Shown here: positions 44,360-53,766 of the stretch, in pieces
How positions within the stretch are numbered: the first letter of the stretch is position 1
Layout: the number at the start of each line of letters is the position of its first letter
NCBI GenBank assembly: GCA_035403085.1
Contig: DAONEM010000007.1
Span: 452-64,451, forward strand
From: Candidatus Aminicenantes bacterium
GTDB lineage: Bacteria > Acidobacteriota > Aminicenantia > JAMOAD01
Length of the DNA: 64,000 bases
Direction of reading: 5' to 3'
Notes under the pieces: model-generated
Told to the model about the DNA's origin: nothing
The model's database searches: none
The model's input: only the letters and a program-made list of their open reading frames with translations
Program-made: the position numbers and the translations under genes

Positions 44360-44990
44360 GAAAGCCCTCTTTCTGCTCCTGTTTCTCTCGCTTCCCCTCT
44401 CTCTCTCCGCCCTCCACCTGAACCTGAAGGTCGGGATGGGCGGGCACAGGTACAGCCTCTACGATGTCAACTACTACAAGAGGAACCTCACCAAATGGGA
44501 CCCACTCTACGGAGCCACGGTGGAGCTGAACTTCTCCCGGGCCTTCGCCCTGGAGACGGGGGCGTACCTCAAGAAGTACAGGGGGGACGTGGAGTTAAGG
44601 TTTACGGATTCCACCACCGGATACATCTATAAATACAAATCCAAGTTCGATACCAAGTACGTCTCCGTTCCGATCCTCTTCAAAACCTACTTTCTGAGCG
44701 AAGAGATCTCCCCCTTCCTGCTCTTCGGAGTGAACCTGGACTTCTACAAGTCCCACAAGTACGGGGAAGAGAACAAGAACAAGATCGTCATCGGACCCTT
44801 CGACGGAGAGTTCAAGAAACAGGCGACCTTCATGGTCATCGGGATCGGAAGCCTTCTCTTTCCCGACACGGCCAACATTCAGGCGGAGATTCACTACACC
44901 AGAAGCCTCAACAAGCTCTACGAGCTGGGGAAGAACAACGGGAACATCAAGACCGGAGGCTTTGAGTTCATCTTTTCCAAGAGATTTTAA
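44352..44990 (+). CDS. Small outer-membrane beta-barrel protein
   Basis: Signal peptide (MNKKALFLLLFLSLPLSLSA), alternating amphipathic beta-strand pattern, C-terminal aromatic residue (..FSKRF). Start ATG 44352 with a GGAGG RBS. Confidence 0.55.
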   Translation: MNKKALFLLLFLSLPLSLSALHLNLKVGMGGHRYSLYDVNYYKRNLTKWDPLYGATVELNFSRAFALETGAYLKKYRGDVELRFTDSTTGYIYKYKSKFDTKYVSVPILFKTYFLSEEISPFLLFGVNLDFYKSHKYGEENKNKIVIGPFDGEFKKQATFMVIGIGSLLFPDTANIQAEIHYTRSLNKLYELGKNNGNIKTGGFEFIFSKRF

Positions 44991-45029
44991 CGGGAGGGCC
45001 CTTCCTTCCCTCCCTCTAAGGAGGAGTCC

Positions 45030-45722
45030 ATGGGAGAAGCTTTCGCATCTGTTTTCAAGATCTTTACGGAGCCGGGGAAGGTCATGGCGCAGGCGGCCTC
45101 GGAGAAGAGGTTCTGGATCCCTCTGACCATGATCGTCCTCTTGACGACTCTTTTCGCCCCCTTTTCGGCGCCTATTCTCCACAAGGACCAGATCTCCATG
45201 ATGGAGAAGAGTCCTGAGATGATATCCAAGATCCCCGCCGAAAAGTGGGAGGAGATGAAGGCCTACAACGCCAAGAAAGCGATTCCCATGAACATCCTGC
45301 GCGGTCTCTTCATCATCCCCATCGCCCTTCTCTTCGTCGCCGGGTTGACGAACTTCGCCGCCACCCTCTCGGGGGTGGAGATCAACTTCTCCCAGGCCTT
45401 TTCGATGACGGTCTTTTCGAGCCTGGTGGACTTCTTCTGGGGGGGGTTGGTACTTAACCTACTGGCCCTCTGGAAGGGGAGCTTCTTCTTGGTGGCGACC
45501 AACTTCACCCTCTTCGCTCCGAACCTGGAGATTACCTCCAAACTTTTCCGGGCCCTCTCGGCCTTCGATTTCTTCAACATCGCCAGCTACGTCCTCCTGG
45601 GGATGGGGCTGGCCTCTCTTCCCAAGGGATCGCCCAAGAAGGCCTTCTTCTCGGTTCTTCCTGTCTATCTGGTCCGAGTTGCTGCCATTGTCGTTCCCGC
45701 CATGATCTTCACGATGAAGTAA
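45030..45722 (+). CDS. Yip1-domain integral membrane protein
   Basis: 230 aa with about five TM helices and a Yip1/DUF1282-like topology. Confidence 0.5.
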   Translation: MGEAFASVFKIFTEPGKVMAQAASEKRFWIPLTMIVLLTTLFAPFSAPILHKDQISMMEKSPEMISKIPAEKWEEMKAYNAKKAIPMNILRGLFIIPIALLFVAGLTNFAATLSGVEINFSQAFSMTVFSSLVDFFWGGLVLNLLALWKGSFFLVATNFTLFAPNLEITSKLFRALSAFDFFNIASYVLLGMGLASLPKGSPKKAFFSVLPVYLVRVAAIVVPAMIFTMK

Positions 45723-45770
45723 AGAAAGAGCGTCCTGTCTTCTCCCTGGGGAGGGGGAAGGCAAAGGGGG

Positions 45771-48700
45771 TTGCGGTTGAAAAGGGCAAAGGAGTCCTCT
45801 CCTGGAGCCGTAAAAAGAAAGGGCCTCCTGGTTTGGGCGCTCTTCCTCTGCCTCTGCCTGGGAGCGGTGGATGCGCTCTGGGTCCGTGCCTTTTTGATGG
45901 GTCTGGAGGAAGAAGGGAGAGGGTATGTGCGAACCTTCTCTGCCCTCTTCGAAGGGGAGTCCCAAGCGCCTCTGAACTACACGCCCCTCTTCCCCACCCG
46001 GAAGGGGCCACGTCTCCCCGGGCGTTCCCAGGAGGAGCTCCTCCGTTGCGCTTCCGGTTTCTGGAAAGGGGGGACCCTCTTCCTCTGCCCCTCCTCTGAG
46101 GGGGGAGAGAAACAACTCTGGTGGAGGTCGGAAGGGGGAACCTTCAGACCTCTCTCCTCCCTCTGGGCCTTCCTCGGGAGGGAGGGGGTCCGTCTGATCT
46201 CCTCCTCCGTCCAAGAGAAGAGAACCGGATTCGCCCTCAACCCCCTCAGGGTTTCCCTCTCGCTGAGGATGGAGGGGACCCCCTGGTCCCTCCTTCTGGA
46301 AAGGAGGATCCTTCCCTTCCTCTGGCCTCTACTTCTGCTCGACCTTCTCCTCTCCGCTCTCCTTCTGGCCTTTGTCTCCCTTCAGCGAAGGGAGGGGGTT
46401 AAGAATACGGAGAAGGATCTGGTTCAGCGGCTGGTCAAGTTGAAAGAGGCTCTTCTGGCAGGAGAGGAGAGGGATCTCGGGGGGGGGCAGCAGGGGCGGG
46501 GCCTTCGTTTTCAGGAGCTGGAGAAGTGGATCAAGGAGGTGGGGACCTTCTTCGGTGAGCTTCAGCGAAGCCATCGGGAGAAGAGTCGCACCGCGTACCT
46601 CTCCAGGGCCTTCTCCGACTCCTCCTCCACCTTTCAGATCGTTTTGAACAACGAACTCAAGGTGGAGACCTTCAACAAGAGCGCAACCCTCTTGTTGGGC
46701 TTCTCCCTCAAGAAGGGGGTCCCATGGACTGCCATTTCCCTCTTGGCCCCTTTGAGAGAGGCTCTGGAGGGAGCCTTGGAAGAAAACAGACGCTTCTTCT
46801 TCCCCAAGATGGTCCTTCCCGGGGTCGAGGAGAACGGCGGCCTCTTCAGGGTCCACGTGATCCCTCTCAACGACGAGACAGGGAGAACCCTTCTCCTCAT
46901 GGGGGAGGAGATCACCGCGGAAGCAGAACTGGAGAGACGTTGGGAGGGTGTTTTCTCAGGGCCCAGGAGCCGCTACCTGATCCTGTCCAAGAGTGGGGAG
47001 ATTCTCGAGGTTGGGGCGAAGGTTCCAGAGCTTCTTGGCAAAGCCCTCTCCGAGCTCAAGGGGTCGAACCTCTCCCTCTTCATCGGCGACAGGGGAGAGG
47101 AGCTCCTGCGCGAGGTTGCCTCGCGAAGGTTCTTCTCCCTCTGCCAGAACGGGTACGAGTGGTTCTTCTCTCTTCTTGAGCGGGAGGGGCTGAACCCCCT
47201 GATTCTGGCGGAGGTCTGTTCTCTGGAACAGGAGAAGAAGAAGAGAGTCCTGGAGGAGAGGACCCACCGTTTGGAGAAGATCGGAGGTGCCTTGGTGGAG
47301 CTTCTCTCCACTTCAGAACAGGAGGGACCGCGCCGTTTCCTGAGGTTTCTCCGAAGCGCGCTCGATCCCGAAGAGTGGGATTCGGCTTCCCTTTGGGAGA
47401 TTCAGGGTGGGAGGATCACCCTCTCCGGGAGGGATGACTACAGGCCCAAGAACATCATCCGGGAGAAGGAGATGCCCAAGGAGAAGCCTCTCGAGCCGGT
47501 GGACGTTCATCCCTGGCCGGAGCTCTTCTTCCAGGGTCGGCCCTACTTCCTGAACCTCAAGAACGCCTCCCCCAAGGAGAGGTCTTTCCTGGAACGGTGG
47601 GGCCTGAAGAGTTGGTTCTGTGTCCCGCTCCTGAGGGGCGGAGAGGTCCTAGGGGCCTTCGAGCTGAGGAACTATACCGACCTTGGGCAAGAACCTCTCT
47701 CGGAGCAGGGCTCCTGGGAGAGAGTCGTCTCCCTCTTGGGGGCCGTCTTGGAGCTGGACCGGTTGAAGAGGGAGATTCGGGAGAGCCGTCAGAACTACCT
47801 CGGCCTCTTCGACAGAATCGAGGGAGGCGTCTACCTCGTGGACCCCGAGAAGATGCGCCTTCTCTACGTCAACCCCTTCTGGGGAATCGATCCGGCCCTC
47901 TTCGAGGGGAGCCCTTGCCATAAGCTTCTTTACGGAAGAGAGGAGATCTGCCCCTTCTGCCTGCTTCCCTCCGGGAAAGGAAGGGAGGGAGCGGTCTCTC
48001 TGGAGTATGAAGACCAGGAGAAGGAGCGCTTTTTTCAGGTGAGCCAGAAGATCGTCGAGCTTCCCGGAGCGGGGGACGCCCTTCTCTCGCTCTCCATGGA
48101 CATCACCGAACAGAAGCTCTACCAGAAGAAGGTCAAGCTCTCCCAGAAGATGGAGGTCGTCGGACAGCTGGCCGGTGGCTTCGCCCACGATTTCAACAAC
48201 ATCTTGGCCGGAATGTCCGGCAACCTTCAGATGATCGAACTGGCCAAGGAGAGGGAAAAGGTGGACCTCTACGTCTCCAGGCTCAAGGGGATCACCGAGA
48301 AGGCGGCCTCCCTGGTCCATCAGATTCTCTCCTTCTCCCGGGAGCAGGGGATCGAGAAGAGAAGGGAGAACCTCTCCAAGATCCTGGACGAAACCGTGGA
48401 GATGGCCAGGCACTCCGTTCCCAGACGCATCCTTCTAGAGAAGGCCGTCAAGGAGGGGCTGGAGGTGGAGGGGGACAGCAACCAGCTGATGCAGATCTTT
48501 CTCAACCTCATCATCAACGCCCGGGACGCCCTGGAGTGCTCCTCCTCGGAAGTTCCGACCATCACGGTCACGCTGACCGCCAGGACGTTGGGGCCCCAAG
48601 AGCGGAAGAAGACCGGCCTCTCCAAGGGGAAGTACGCCCTCCTGGAGGTTGGGGACAACGGGTGTGGCATTGAAGAGTCGATTCGGGACAAGATCTTCGT

Positions 48701-49322
48701 CCCCTTCTTTACGACTAAGAAGAGGAGCGGAGACAAGGGGACGGGCCTCGGCCTCTCCATCGCCTACAGGGTCGTGAGGCTTCACGACGGGTGGATCGAT
48801 TTCACCTCCCGCCAGGGACAGGGGACGGTCTTCTCTGTCTACCTTCCCTTGGCCGGAAAGGAGAGCCCCCGAGAGGAGCCGAAGCGGATACTCTCCCAAG
48901 ACGGTCTTCGCGACTTGACCGGGGCCTTCCGGGGCACGGCCCTGATCGTCGACGACGAGGACTCCCTTCGAGAGGTTGAGAAAGAGCTTCTGGAGATGAT
49001 GGGTTTCGAGGTGGCGGAGACCGACAACGGAAGGGACGGATGGGAGGTCCTCAAGAACAACACCATTGACTTGATGCTCCTCGACTGGGTCATGCCCGGG
49101 ATGAACGGAGAGGAGATTCTTGACAAACTTCGGGAACATCCCGAGGTCAAGACGAAGGTCCTCGTTGTCACCGGTGTGTTGGGGGATGAGATCGAGGGGG
49201 TCGCCTACCAGAAGGGCGCCGCCGAAGTCATTCAGAAACCCTTCTCCCTCGACTTCCTTGCCTCCCGAATCCGCCATGTCTTGGGGGGTGAAGGCGCCGT
49301 CAGAGGACAGGGGTCCCAGTGA
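45771..49322 (+). CDS. Hybrid sensor histidine kinase / response regulator (PAS/GAF sensory region, HisKA, HATPase_c, C-terminal REC)
   Basis: H-box QLAGGFAHDFNNILAGM, ATPase G-boxes (GCGIEE...GTGLGLSIA), and receiver ALIVDDEDSLRE...LMLLDWVMPGMNG; 1183 aa. Confidence 0.8.
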   Translation: MRLKRAKESSPGAVKRKGLLVWALFLCLCLGAVDALWVRAFLMGLEEEGRGYVRTFSALFEGESQAPLNYTPLFPTRKGPRLPGRSQEELLRCASGFWKGGTLFLCPSSEGGEKQLWWRSEGGTFRPLSSLWAFLGREGVRLISSSVQEKRTGFALNPLRVSLSLRMEGTPWSLLLERRILPFLWPLLLLDLLLSALLLAFVSLQRREGVKNTEKDLVQRLVKLKEALLAGEERDLGGGQQGRGLRFQELEKWIKEVGTFFGELQRSHREKSRTAYLSRAFSDSSSTFQIVLNNELKVETFNKSATLLLGFSLKKGVPWTAISLLAPLREALEGALEENRRFFFPKMVLPGVEENGGLFRVHVIPLNDETGRTLLLMGEEITAEAELERRWEGVFSGPRSRYLILSKSGEILEVGAKVPELLGKALSELKGSNLSLFIGDRGEELLREVASRRFFSLCQNGYEWFFSLLEREGLNPLILAEVCSLEQEKKKRVLEERTHRLEKIGGALVELLSTSEQEGPRRFLRFLRSALDPEEWDSASLWEIQGGRITLSGRDDYRPKNIIREKEMPKEKPLEPVDVHPWPELFFQGRPYFLNLKNASPKERSFLERWGLKSWFCVPLLRGGEVLGAFELRNYTDLGQEPLSEQGSWERVVSLLGAVLELDRLKREIRESRQNYLGLFDRIEGGVYLVDPEKMRLLYVNPFWGIDPALFEGSPCHKLLYGREEICPFCLLPSGKGREGAVSLEYEDQEKERFFQVSQKIVELPGAGDALLSLSMDITEQKLYQKKVKLSQKMEVVGQLAGGFAHDFNNILAGMSGNLQMIELAKEREKVDLYVSRLKGITEKAASLVHQILSFSREQGIEKRRENLSKILDETVEMARHSVPRRILLEKAVKEGLEVEGDSNQLMQIFLNLIINARDALECSSSEVPTITVTLTARTLGPQERKKTGLSKGKYALLEVGDNGCGIEESIRDKIFVPFFTTKKRSGDKGTGLGLSIAYRVVRLHDGWIDFTSRQGQGTVFSVYLPLAGKESPREEPKRILSQDGLRDLTGAFRGTALIVDDEDSLREVEKELLEMMGFEVAETDNGRDGWEVLKNNTIDLMLLDWVMPGMNGEEILDKLREHPEVKTKVLVVTGVLGDEIEGVAYQKGAAEVIQKPFSLDFLASRIRHVLGGEGAVRGQGSQ

Positions 49323-49395
49323 TTCCCGGTCAAGAGCCTTCTCGGGCGAAGAGACTCCGGCGAAGCCTTTTTCTCGAGAGTTCGTAAGGGGGGGG

Positions 49396-52035
49396 TTACT
49401 CCCTGCTTCGGGAGTAGATCTCCAGGAGCTTTTGAAGAAGCTCCAAGGCCTTCATCGGCGTCGTACTATTAACGTCGATTCCCTCAAGCAGTTCTGATGC
49501 CTCAGAGGGCCAGACCTCACGCACCTGGGGCGCGATCTCCCTGGCAGGGGGGGCGAAGAGGGTCGGCCCGTTTCGGCCCTCTTGACGTTTCTTCCTTTGG
49601 GAGAGCCAGTCTTCCTTCTCCATGGAGAGGAGGAGCTCCCGGGCCCTCTTGACGACGTCCGAAGGAAGCCCCGCCAACTTGGCCACGTCGACGCCGAAAC
49701 TCTGATCCGAAGGCCCCTCAAGGATTCTGTAGAGGAAGGTGATTCCCGAGCTTCCCTTCTTCACGGAGATATGGTAGTTGACGATCCGGGAGAGATACTC
49801 GTCCAAGACCGTCAGCTGGTGGTAATGGGTCGCGAAGAGGGTCTTAGGCCTGAACTTTCCGTTGCTGTGAAGGTACTCGAGGAGAGACCAGGCGATGGCC
49901 ATTCCGTCGTAGGTCGACGTCCCGCGGCCGATTTCGTCCAATAAGACGAGACTGGAAGAGGTGGCGTTCTGGAGGATGTTGGCGGTCTCCACCATCTCCA
50001 CCATGAAGGTGGATTGTCCGGAGGCGAGGTAGTCGGAGGCGCCGATACGGGTGAAGATTCTGTCGATCAGGCCCACCTTGGCGGCATCGGCGGGAACGAA
50101 GCTCCCCATCTGGGCCATCAGAACGATGAGGGCCGTCTGCCGGAGGAAGGTGGACTTTCCTCCCATGTTGGGGCCGGTGAGGATGATGATCTGCTCCCTG
50201 TTCGATTCCAGGTAGGCATCGTTGGGCACGAAGGGGTGAGGGTTCAGCCTCTCGACGATGGGATGGCGGCCCTGAACGATCTCCAGGACATCCCCCTCCA
50301 CGACGATGGGCCGTTTGTACTTGTTCCTGACCGCCGCGTTGGCGAGGGAGAGGAGTGCGTCGAGGCTGGCCAGGGCCTGGGCGCTCTTCAGAATCCTGCC
50401 GTTGTGGACCTTCAGCTCCGACCGCAGTTCCAGGAAGAGCCTGTGTTCCAGCTTCTTGATCTTCTCTTCCGCTCCGAGAACGGTCTCCTCGAACTCTCTC
50501 AGCTTCTGGGAGACGAACCTCTCGGCGTTCACCAGGGTCTGCTTGCGGAAGTAGTCCGTCGGGAGCGTTCTGTTCTTGAGGGACGCCTTGGAGATCTCGA
50601 TGTAGAAGCCGAAGATCTTGTTGAAGCCGACTCTGAGGGAGGAAATCTGGGTGCGTTCCCTCTCCTCCTCTTCGAGACGGGAGATCTCCTCTTTCCCCGA
50701 ATGGGCCAGGTGCCGAAGTTCGTCCAGCTCCTGGTTGTACCCCTCCCTGAAGACCCCACCGTCGGTAAAGATCAAGGGGGGGGAGTCGGCCAGGGCCCTC
50801 TCGATCTTCTCCCTCAGATCCTCCAGGGGGTCGACCTCTTGGAGGGAACTCTTGAGAAGAAGGCTTTCTGCCTGTTCCGCCCGGGAGGAGAGGGAGGGAA
50901 GGGAGTGGAAGGAGGAGGCCAGAGCGGCCAAATCCCGCGGCGAGGCGGTCTCGGAGGAGAGCTTCGTCGACAGCCGATCAAGGTCGTAGATTCCCTTCAG
51001 CTCCTCCCGGAGCTCCTCCCGAAGTCGGGTCTTCTTCGTGGACTCCTCGACCGCGTCGAGCCTGGCGTTGATGAGAGAGGTGTTGAAGAGAGGCCGAAGA
51101 AGCCACTCTTTGAGCCTTCTCGCCCCCATGGGAGTCACCGTCTGGTCAATGACCCAGAAGAGGCTCCCCTCCTTCTCGCCGGTTCTGCTCTCCTTGAAGA
51201 GCTCCAGAGTCCGCTGGGTGAGGGAGTCGAGGATCATGTGGTCCTTTCTCGTGTAGAAGCGGAGCTCTTTCCCCTCAGGAAGGCTTCCCTTCCTCACCTG
51301 GGAGAGGTAGTGGGCCATGGAGCCGGCGGCGGCCAGGACCGTCTCGTTCTGGGAGATGTCCATCTCCCTCAGGGCGGAGAGGTGAAAGCTCTCCTGGAGG
51401 AAGAGTCGCCCCTTATCGGCGTTGAAGGTCCAGGGTTCCAAGGGGGTGATCAGGGGGTGGCAGGAGAGGCTCTCTTCCTGAGGGGCCCACAGGCTTGCCG
51501 CGTCAGTGGAGAGGAGGAGCTCCCGGGGGTTGTAGTTCTCCACCTCCTGGCCCAGGGATGTGTAGGGAGGCGCCTCCTGGGCGCCGGTGGCGAAGGCCTC
51601 CCCTGTGGTTAGGTCGAAGGCGAAGAGTCCCCAACGGTCGCTGTGGAGGGAGAGGGAGAGGAGGAAGATGTTCTCCGGGGAGGATTCGAACTCCAACGCC
51701 GTGCCCGGGGTAAGGACCTTGAGGACCTCCCTGCGGACGACCTTGCGCCCCCCTTCGTTCTCTTCGAACTGCTCGCAGATGGCCACCTTCCGCCCCGCCT
51801 CCAGGAGCTTGCGGACGTAGAGCTCCGCGGCGTGGTAGGGAAAGCCGCACATGGGGATGGGGTTATCCTTGTTCCTGTCCCGGGTGGTGAGGGTGATCTG
51901 GAGAATCCGGGAACCTTCGGTGGCGTCGTCGAAGAAGAGCTCGTAAAAATCTCCCATCCGGAAGAGGAGGATGGAATCCTTGTACTGCTCCTTCGTCTCC
52001 AGGTACTGCCTCATTACGGGAGTGTAGGTTTCCAT
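49396..52035 (-). CDS. mutS: DNA mismatch repair protein MutS
   Basis: N-terminal mismatch-binding motif (TPVMRQYLETKEQYKDSILLFRMGDFYELFFDDA), Walker A (GPNMGGKSTFLRQ), and C-terminal HTH. 879 aa. Confidence 0.9.
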   Translation of the reverse strand: METYTPVMRQYLETKEQYKDSILLFRMGDFYELFFDDATEGSRILQITLTTRDRNKDNPIPMCGFPYHAAELYVRKLLEAGRKVAICEQFEENEGGRKVVRREVLKVLTPGTALEFESSPENIFLLSLSLHSDRWGLFAFDLTTGEAFATGAQEAPPYTSLGQEVENYNPRELLLSTDAASLWAPQEESLSCHPLITPLEPWTFNADKGRLFLQESFHLSALREMDISQNETVLAAAGSMAHYLSQVRKGSLPEGKELRFYTRKDHMILDSLTQRTLELFKESRTGEKEGSLFWVIDQTVTPMGARRLKEWLLRPLFNTSLINARLDAVEESTKKTRLREELREELKGIYDLDRLSTKLSSETASPRDLAALASSFHSLPSLSSRAEQAESLLLKSSLQEVDPLEDLREKIERALADSPPLIFTDGGVFREGYNQELDELRHLAHSGKEEISRLEEEERERTQISSLRVGFNKIFGFYIEISKASLKNRTLPTDYFRKQTLVNAERFVSQKLREFEETVLGAEEKIKKLEHRLFLELRSELKVHNGRILKSAQALASLDALLSLANAAVRNKYKRPIVVEGDVLEIVQGRHPIVERLNPHPFVPNDAYLESNREQIIILTGPNMGGKSTFLRQTALIVLMAQMGSFVPADAAKVGLIDRIFTRIGASDYLASGQSTFMVEMVETANILQNATSSSLVLLDEIGRGTSTYDGMAIAWSLLEYLHSNGKFRPKTLFATHYHQLTVLDEYLSRIVNYHISVKKGSSGITFLYRILEGPSDQSFGVDVAKLAGLPSDVVKRARELLLSMEKEDWLSQRKKRQEGRNGPTLFAPPAREIAPQVREVWPSEASELLEGIDVNSTTPMKALELLQKLLEIYSRSRE

Positions 52036-52058
52036 AGAGTTTAGGAGCGAGTCTCTGT

Positions 52059-52152
52059 CGATGGTGTCTGGCGGAGAGGGAGGGATTCGAACCCTCGATA
52101 CCGTTTTTGGACGATATAATCGCTTAGCAGGCGATCCTGTTCAGCCACTCCA
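52059..52152 (-). tRNA. tRNA-Ser (anticodon GCU), type II with a long variable arm, CCA encoded
   Basis: Manual fold of the minus strand: acceptor GGAGAGG/CCTCTCC, D-arm CTG-GAGTGGCTGAA-CAG, anticodon stem ATCGC/GCGAT, loop CTGCTAA (U33, anticodon GCU, A37), 22-nt variable arm (6-bp stem ATATCG/CGGTAT, 8-nt loop), T-arm GAGGG-TTCGAAT-CCCTC, discriminator G, CCA. Confidence 0.8.
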
Positions 52153-52201
52153 GCACCTCTCCACGGGCAAGAGAAATGTATACAGGAAAACGGGACAAAA
52201 A

Positions 52202-52648
52202 TCAAGTTTCCTTCAGACTGTCGCTTCTGCCGCGGTTCTGGAGAAACGTGACCAGGGAGAGAACCAGCTCCACCTCCCCTCTGGGGAGGGAGAGGCCCTT
52301 GGAGATCTCCTCGACGGAGAGGCCCTGGTTGTGGAGGAGGAGAACCTTCTGAGACTTCTCACTCTCCGGGAGGGAGACCAGGAGCTTCCTCTCCTCTTCG
52401 GTGAGGGACTTGTGAGCCGCGTTCAACTCTTCCAGAGTCTTTTCGCTCTTGACCTGCTCGTTGTGGAGATGGAGGGAGATTCTCTCCCCCCAAAGGTTCG
52501 CCTCCTGGAGCATCTTCTGGAAGTTCTCCAGAGTCTCCCGGAGGGTGCGGGAGAGGTGGCTGAGGGAGGCGGTCCTTCGGGCAAGCCAAAAGATCGCGGC
52601 CACGAAGAGAAGGTCCAGGAGAATCTGGAGAGTCCAGGCAAGGGTCAT
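52202..52648 (-). CDS. Small membrane-anchored protein with coiled-coil and a C-terminal HTH-like segment, downstream of cheB
   Basis: N-terminal TM helix (LQILLDLLFVAAIFWLA), a Glu/Lys-rich helix, and a C-terminus (LLLHNQGLSVEEISKGLSLPRGEVELVLSL) that resembles a sigma-70 region-4 / LuxR-type HTH. 148 aa. Confidence 0.4.
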   Translation of the reverse strand: MTLAWTLQILLDLLFVAAIFWLARRTASLSHLSRTLRETLENFQKMLQEANLWGERISLHLHNEQVKSEKTLEELNAAHKSLTEEERKLLVSLPESEKSQKVLLLHNQGLSVEEISKGLSLPRGEVELVLSLVTFLQNRGRSDSLKET

Positions 52649-53766
52649 GGGAGGTTTCCCCGCACGACCCTGTCCAGGGTCTCCCCGATATCCTTAACCG
52701 GGAGGACATAGTCGGCGATCCCCGCGTCGACGACGGCCTTGGGCATGCCGTAGACGACACAGCTCTCCTCGTCTTGGGCGATGATGACGGCTCTATTCTT
52801 CTTCTTGAGGGAGACGAACCCATCCCTTCCATCGTTCCCCATCCCCGTGAGCATCACCGCGGCGACGTTCTTCTTGTAGTTGTCCGCTACCGATTGGGCC
52901 ATAACGTTGACCGAGGGTTTATAGATGGCGCTCTTCGGCTCCTCGGAGATGAAAATCTCCCAATAGGCGGGGCGGCTCTGCCGGATGGTCATGTGCTGAC
53001 CTCCAGGGGTGATGAAGACCGAACCCCTCTCGATCTTGTCCCCTATGGCCGCCTCTTTGACGTGAACCTTGCAGAGGCGGTTCAACCTCTCTGCAAAGGG
53101 TCCCGTGAAGGTCGCCGGCATGTGTTGGGAGACCAGGATCGCGGCGGGGAAGTTCTCGGGCAGGACTGTCAACACATCCTGTAGGGCCCGGGGCCCTCCG
53201 GTGGAGGAACCCAAGACGACCATGTCCAGAGTGTCGCCGATTCTCCCCTTCCTGATTGTCGGAGCCTGAGAGGGGAGAACCGTCGGGGATAGGGAGGGAG
53301 AGGGCGGCTGGGGAAGAGGCTTGTCGAAGGAGCGGAAGGGAAAGCCGAGGGCCATCTTCTTCTGGGCGATGGTGAGGATCTTGGGCACCAGCTCATCCTT
53401 GATGCTCTTGATGTTGGCGTTAAAGTCCGCCGTCTGCTTGGGAAAGAACTCGACCGCTCCCTTTTCGAGGGCTTCAAAGGTGATCTGGGCGTCCTCGGTG
53501 GTGAGGGAGCTGACCATGATGACCGGCGTAGGGAAGGAGTTCATGATCTCCTTCAGGGCTGTCAATCCGTCCATGACGGGCATGTTGATGTCCAGGGTGA
53601 TGACATCGGGCCTCAGCTTCTCCGTCAGTTCCAAGGCCTCCTTTCCGTTCCGGGCCTCCCCGACGACCTCGATGGCCGGGTTTTCGGCCATGAGTCGGAC
53701 CATCAACTTCCGGAGAAAGGAGGAGTCGTCAACAACCAGGACCTTAGCTTTTCTCTGTTCCATCAA
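52645..53766 (-). CDS. cheB: Chemotaxis response regulator protein-glutamate methylesterase CheB
   Basis: REC domain (KVLVVDDSSFLR) plus methylesterase catalytic domain (GSSTGGPRAL...HMPATFT). 373 aa. Confidence 0.9.
   Translation of the reverse strand: MMEQRKAKVLVVDDSSFLRKLMVRLMAENPAIEVVGEARNGKEALELTEKLRPDVITLDINMPVMDGLTALKEIMNSFPTPVIMVSSLTTEDAQITFEALEKGAVEFFPKQTADFNANIKSIKDELVPKILTIAQKKMALGFPFRSFDKPLPQPPSPSLSPTVLPSQAPTIRKGRIGDTLDMVVLGSSTGGPRALQDVLTVLPENFPAAILVSQHMPATFTGPFAERLNRLCKVHVKEAAIGDKIERGSVFITPGGQHMTIRQSRPAYWEIFISEEPKSAIYKPSVNVMAQSVADNYKKNVAAVMLTGMGNDGRDGFVSLKKKNRAVIIAQDEESCVVYGMPKAVVDAGIADYVLPVKDIGETLDRVVRGNLP

Noticed and set aside
46479-46487. G9 tract inside the hybrid histidine kinase gene
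   Set aside because: The reading frame is intact across it (it encodes ..DLGGGQQGRG..), so there is no evidence of a frameshift. I note it only as a potential slippage site.
49323-49395. Convergent region between the sensor kinase and mutS as a bidirectional terminator
   Set aside because: Only weak hairpins and a G8/C8 run are present. No clean GC stem followed by a T-run could be drawn on either strand.
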